From a virus, in IMG/VR virus record IMGVR_UViG_3300035670_000083, positions 36,285-100,284 of that record: a stretch of DNA of 64,000 bases; one strand, given 5' to 3'. Below are positions 59,458 through 64,000 of the stretch, piece by piece. Made by a program: the position numbers and the translations under genes. The notes under the pieces were generated by a model. That model was not told the origin of the DNA. It searched no databases and saw only the letters and a list, made by a program, of their open reading frames with translations. The stretch's first letter is position 1, and each line of letters opens with the position of its first letter.

Positions 59458-61581
59458 ATGAAACAAGTCCTAATTGTAGAAAACGCAACTAACTCATTAT
59501 CTCTTAATGAGAATAGTTCACCAAGTAAAGGGGAATATGTTTTGGGTGGAACATTCACTGAGTTCGATATTAAGAATCGTAACGAAAGAATTTACACGGC
59601 AGAGAAGTTTATTCCAGCTTTAGACGAGTTGAACGAAAGGATAAATTCTTTGGGTGTTGTTTATGGTGAGTTCGATCACCCCGACGTGTTTGACACCTCT
59701 TTATCGAGATCTTCACACATTTTAAAGAAGGCTCAATATGTAAGAGAAAATAACCGAGTTGAAGGTGAGATTAGACTTTTAAGTACTTATTGGGGAAAAG
59801 AAGCTAAATCATTAGTAAATGATGGTTGTCCAATATTTGTATCATCAAGAGCTGCCGGTGTTACTGAAGCTAACGGTACAGTTACTTTAAAGAAATTATT
59901 CACTTATGACATTGTAGCAGATCCTGGATTTTCATCAGCTAAGATGAATGTTGTGACTTTAAACGAATCGTTGGGTTACAACAAAAAATCAAATTTCAGA
60001 ATCTACGAGATGACAGATGAATCAAAAATTAATGAATTATTTAATATGAACACAAATGATTTTGTAACAAAGAAACAATTGACCGATTACTCAAACTATT
60101 TAGTTAATGAGTTAGCTTCTACGAAGAAGTCAGTAAAATCGGCATTGACAAAAGGGAATCTAAACCCTAAGAAATTAGAACAACTATTAGAGTATTATGA
60201 TGAACTCAACAACACTAATTCTCAAATTGTTAAGTATTTAGATTACTTAGCTGAGAAAGTTCAAGTTGTTGTTAATGAGAATAACTCATTGAGATCTACT
60301 ACTGATAAATTAATTAAACACAGTGATTACTTAGCAGAGAATTTAGAGAAATCAATCAATTATGCTGAGTACTTAGCAGAGAATCTTGATAAGAACATTG
60401 AGTATGCTGAATATATCGCAGAAAACTTGGATAAGAACATTTCTTACTCTGAGTACATTGCAGAGAATTTAGATAAATCAATCTCTTATGGAGAGTATTT
60501 AGCTGAGAACTTAGATAAGAACATTGCTTACTCTGAGTACTTAGCAGAGAATCTTGATAAGAATATCGAGTACTCTGAGTACATCGCTGAAAACTTAGAT
60601 AAGAATATTTCTTACTCTGAGTACATCGCAGAGCATTTGGATAACTCAATTGCTTATTCTGAATATTTAGCAGAGCATGTTGAAGGAAACATTGCATATG
60701 CTGAGTACATCGCAGAAAACTTAGATGACAATATAGCTTACTCTGAATACTTAGCAGAGAATCTTGACAATTCAATTTCTTACCAAGGATTGATAGTTGA
60801 AAGACTTAATTCTGGTAGATTGAATGAATCAATGGGTGGAGAAAAAGTTCCATCGTTGGAAGATATGGGATTCGAGCAAGTAGAAGAAGAGGAAGAAGAA
60901 ATGATGATGATGGGTGATGAAGATATGTACCCATCAAAAGAAGAAACTCCTGAATTGGATATGATGGAAGACGAAGAAGAAGAATCTGAAGAAGAGGTTA
61001 TGGAATCTCAAGAATCTGAAGAGGAAGAAGAGGAAGAATCATATGAAGTTAAAGGAGACTCTGATACTGAATTATCACAATCTATTGATAAATTGATCGA
61101 AGAAGCTAAAAAACGAAAAGCTGCTGAAACAACCGATCTACACTTTTTAAAGTTCTTAAACAAATCTCAGGTTGATAGTTTCTATAATCTTACACAAGAA
61201 GAGCAAGAAACTGTTAAACTTTATGTAAGCGAAAAAAGTTTCTTCAGTACTAAAGAAGTATTGAACCTGATATCTGAAGCTTTAAGTTCAAAAGAAGAAA
61301 CTCTTGAAGAAAGAGTAATCAGATTGATGCCAGAAAATGTAAAACCGATCTGGAATCAATTAAATGAGAGTTCTAGAAAGTCAGTCCTATCACAGGCAAG
61401 ACTTTACCCAGATGATGTGTTGAAAACAGAATCACAAGTTGAACACTTTTGGTTAACAAGAAATCTCAAGAAAAATGAGTCTGTTACTAAGAAATTAGTT
61501 TCACATGAGGCTTTAATCCAAGAAGATAAATTATCTGACAAGGAGTTAACAGCAATCATGGAAAGATTCAAAAGCCTTTAA
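59458..61581 (+). CDS. prohead protease (gp21-like) fused to scaffold
   Basis: NRNERIY, GEFDHP, VSSRAAG, YDIVADPGF; then 14-aa repeats and acidic linker. Confidence 0.9.
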   Translation: MKQVLIVENATNSLSLNENSSPSKGEYVLGGTFTEFDIKNRNERIYTAEKFIPALDELNERINSLGVVYGEFDHPDVFDTSLSRSSHILKKAQYVRENNRVEGEIRLLSTYWGKEAKSLVNDGCPIFVSSRAAGVTEANGTVTLKKLFTYDIVADPGFSSAKMNVVTLNESLGYNKKSNFRIYEMTDESKINELFNMNTNDFVTKKQLTDYSNYLVNELASTKKSVKSALTKGNLNPKKLEQLLEYYDELNNTNSQIVKYLDYLAEKVQVVVNENNSLRSTTDKLIKHSDYLAENLEKSINYAEYLAENLDKNIEYAEYIAENLDKNISYSEYIAENLDKSISYGEYLAENLDKNIAYSEYLAENLDKNIEYSEYIAENLDKNISYSEYIAEHLDNSIAYSEYLAEHVEGNIAYAEYIAENLDDNIAYSEYLAENLDNSISYQGLIVERLNSGRLNESMGGEKVPSLEDMGFEQVEEEEEEMMMMGDEDMYPSKEETPELDMMEDEEEESEEEVMESQESEEEEEEESYEVKGDSDTELSQSIDKLIEEAKKRKAAETTDLHFLKFLNKSQVDSFYNLTQEEQETVKLYVSEKSFFSTKEVLNLISEALSSKEETLEERVIRLMPENVKPIWNQLNESSRKSVLSQARLYPDDVLKTESQVEHFWLTRNLKKNESVTKKLVSHEALIQEDKLSDKELTAIMERFKSL
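60325..60783 (+). repeat. 42-bp/14-aa repeat EY(I/L)AENLDKNI(S/A/E)YS, about 11 copies
   Basis: visible in protein and DNA. Confidence 0.9.
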
Positions 61582-61623
61582 TCTACAGGTTTAAGTAGAT
61601 AATAAAAAAGAATAAAAAAAATT

Positions 61624-63351
61624 ATGTCACATATTAGAATAGACAAACAAAAAGCGGTTAAGAAGTGGACTCCAGTATTGGAGAACATGGGTGTTACTGG
61701 TGACAGAGTTGAATGGATGTCAGAATTGGCTGAATTCCACTCTATTAACGAGAACGCTTACGCTAACGCAACTACTGCAGGTATGGGTGGTGTTTTCTCA
61801 CCACAACCAAGTTCGCTTCCAGGTAACTTAAATCTTGGAAACACAATTGGTGTTAATGGTGTTGGATCAGGTGATCTTGGACAGAACTTACTTCCAGTAG
61901 CTATGAAAATTGCAGCTCAAACAATCGGTCTTGACCTTGTTGCTGTAAAACCTACTCCAGGTCCAAAAATCGATTTACTTTACATCGACTTCCAGTACGA
62001 TGATTTGAATATGACTGGTGGTGCTGGTAGACCTCAAGTATTTAAATTGAATGCTACAACTATTGCGCCAATTAGTGCAACTCTTTCAGCTTATGCAATT
62101 GGACAGGGTGCTAGACTTACTCAAGGTGGATTGGATGGTAGACAAGTATTTGTTGCTTTCAACAGCAGTGGTGCAGGTACAGCAGGTACATTCTACACAG
62201 CGGATCCTGGTGCTGGTGTCAACCAACAAGGTATCTTAGAATTCCTTGGATTCTCAAGAATAGATGGATTGCCAATGTTCAGAGCTTTTAGACAAGCTAA
62301 CTCAACTGTTCAGGGATCATTGTCATACCCATACACATTCACTCAGACTTTGAATACCTTCGATCAGACTGCTATCACAACACAGTTAACAAATGGTAAT
62401 TTTGGTGGATTTACTGCATCTACTTTTGGAACAGCAGCTGTTGAATTGATTTCAGCTCTTGAAGATCACTTACCAGGATTCTCAGCAAACTGGTCATCTA
62501 GTCTTTCTTCAGGTGATTACCCAATGGGTCGTCAACAAGATGATGATACATACTCTGGTGTAATCGGTCCAAAAATCTCTTCTAAATCAGTAGCAGTAGG
62601 TACTATTGAAGTATCAACAGCTCTTAGAAGAACTGAAATCGAGGATATCAAAGCTAACACTGGTATGGATATCGTTCAAAAGATGGAGTCTATCCTTGTT
62701 AACGAACTTTCTCAAACTATCTCAAGACAAATCGTTAAGAGAGTATTTGAATTAGGTGATGCTAACAGAGCAACTGCTCCAGCTTACGGTGGTTCAGCAT
62801 CTTTCACAGGTGTTCCAGGAACAGCAACAATCTTTGACTTAGATACATCATATGTTCTTGCAAATGGTGGTATCGGTGGTGAGACTACTCACGCTGTTCA
62901 AAGAAAGCTTATCACTAAGTTATCTCACGCTTCTAACTACATCGCAACAGAAGGTCGTATCGGACCAGCTCAGTTCGCTGTAACAAACGGGGGTCTTGCG
63001 GCAGCTCTTATGGATATCGCTGGTTACACTATTAACCCAGTTAAATCTAAAGTGAACGGTCAAGGTCAATTATATCCTGTAGGAACAATCGGAGACATTC
63101 AAATCTACGTTGATCCATATCAGAGATACAATGACAACAGAATCGTACTTGGTAGAAAGAATAACCCAGACCAACCAGGTCTTATCTTCGTACCTTACTT
63201 GATGGCTCAGTCTATCAGTGTAATTTCTGAAGCTACTTTCGCTCCAAGAATGTTACTACGTTCAAGATACGCGATTACTGATGTTGGTTTCTTCCCAGAG
63301 AAACAATTCATGACTCTTTATGTAGTTGATGAACAACAATTCCTTAACTAA
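61624..63351 (+). CDS. major capsid protein (T4 gp23-like)
   Basis: KWTPVLE, AAQTIGLDLVAVKP, NELSQ.I, IYVDPY, G.IFVPY, PRM...SRY. Confidence 0.93.
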   Translation: MSHIRIDKQKAVKKWTPVLENMGVTGDRVEWMSELAEFHSINENAYANATTAGMGGVFSPQPSSLPGNLNLGNTIGVNGVGSGDLGQNLLPVAMKIAAQTIGLDLVAVKPTPGPKIDLLYIDFQYDDLNMTGGAGRPQVFKLNATTIAPISATLSAYAIGQGARLTQGGLDGRQVFVAFNSSGAGTAGTFYTADPGAGVNQQGILEFLGFSRIDGLPMFRAFRQANSTVQGSLSYPYTFTQTLNTFDQTAITTQLTNGNFGGFTASTFGTAAVELISALEDHLPGFSANWSSSLSSGDYPMGRQQDDDTYSGVIGPKISSKSVAVGTIEVSTALRRTEIEDIKANTGMDIVQKMESILVNELSQTISRQIVKRVFELGDANRATAPAYGGSASFTGVPGTATIFDLDTSYVLANGGIGGETTHAVQRKLITKLSHASNYIATEGRIGPAQFAVTNGGLAAALMDIAGYTINPVKSKVNGQGQLYPVGTIGDIQIYVDPYQRYNDNRIVLGRKNNPDQPGLIFVPYLMAQSISVISEATFAPRMLLRSRYAITDVGFFPEKQFMTLYVVDEQQFLN

Positions 63352-63373
63352 TCTAAGATTAGTAGGTAAATTT

Positions 63374-63407
63374 AAAAACACCTTCCTTTCGGGAGGTGTT
63401 TTTTTTT
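63374..63407 (+). terminator. intrinsic terminator after capsid gene
   Basis: AAAAACACCTTCC-TTTC-GGGAGGTGTTTTTTT. Confidence 0.85.
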
Positions 63408-63478
63408 ATTCAAATAAATAATTTTTTAGTATAAGATAAACGGATCGAAAGTTTCTTGATATATATATATATATTGTA

Positions 63479-64000
63479 ATGAATTGTGAAAGATTAAAAG
63501 AAATAAATGAAATATTAGATGGTAGTTCTAATAGGATGAAATTAAGTTACTTTGATAAAAACTACCCGGAAACTTCAGAAAAGATTCAAAAATTTTGCTA
63601 CAAACTTGATTTACCTTTCAAACAAATGATATGGCATTGGGTTAATGACTATCCAAATTATTATTTATGTAAATGTGGTGAAAAAGTATCATTTAATAGA
63701 AATTGGTTGGATGGTTATAAGAAATCTTGTTCTGCTAAATGTGCTCAAAGTAATGAATCAGCTAAAGAAAAAAGAAAAAAGACAAACTTAAAAAAGTGGG
63801 GAGTTGATAATGTTGCTAAATTAGATTTAATAAAAGAAAAACAAGCTTCCACAAATAAGGAAAGGTATGGTACTACATCATCTTTTCAAAATAAAGATGT
63901 TCGTGATAAATGGAAAGAATCTTTTAAATCAAAATGGGGAGTTGATAATCCCTTCTATTTAGAAGACTTTAAAGAAAAATCGAAGAAAACCAGTTTAAAA
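63479..64000 (+). CDS. partial homing-endonuclease-like protein (runs off the window)
   Basis: open frame MNCERLKE..CKCG..CSAKC..TNLKKWGVDN repeats. Confidence 0.7.
   Translation, partial: MNCERLKEINEILDGSSNRMKLSYFDKNYPETSEKIQKFCYKLDLPFKQMIWHWVNDYPNYYLCKCGEKVSFNRNWLDGYKKSCSAKCAQSNESAKEKRKKTNLKKWGVDNVAKLDLIKEKQASTNKERYGTTSSFQNKDVRDKWKESFKSKWGVDNPFYLEDFKEKSKKTSLK

Noticed and set aside
59346-59558. Upstream extension of ORF 58986..59558
   Set aside because: It overlaps the protease gene and its promoter antisense; similarity to the endonuclease family starts at ATG 59345.
60356-60775. Minus-strand 139-aa ORF (and 57869..58081+)
   Set aside because: Shadows of the scaffold and portal-tail repeats.
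1-64000. Stop-codon reassignment, as seen in some large phages
   Set aside because: Core genes are full length in the standard code and TAG/TGA end genes at sensible positions; the two broken cassette genes need frameshifts, not read-through.
1-64000. tRNA or rRNA genes
   Set aside because: No cloverleaf or rRNA-like segment recognised by eye; tRNAscan-SE would be needed to confirm absence.

Overview
AT-rich (roughly 25-30% GC by eye) segment of a large T4-like (myovirus/jumbo) phage genome, standard genetic code, probably infecting a Bacteroidota host (TAnnTTTG promoters, signal peptide ending before Gln). It holds the morphogenesis core: TerS, a TerL fractured by an atypically split intein plus endonuclease, tail sheath and tube, baseplate proteins, gp2/gp4-like proteins, portal, protease-scaffold fusion and major capsid. 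It also carries a gp55-like late sigma factor, gp44/gp47-like replication and recombination genes, and auxiliary genes (clpS, ileS, gmd, fcl). Main discovery: a ~5.8 kb integron-like cassette array (4670-10425) directly upstream of an IntI-related tyrosine recombinase that lacks the IntI-specific insertion. The array has 8 complete and 3 partial TAACG...TGTTA hairpin sites, cassettes with self-complementary ends, a plus-strand G-T wobble bias and a candidate attI. Most cassette genes begin with a T4-like capsid-targeting peptide, and in two cases the recombination hairpin itself encodes the late promoter, start codon and that peptide. Second: a classic Ile-codon leader-peptide attenuator upstream of the phage IleRS. 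All family calls come from motif recognition by eye; no database searches were run.
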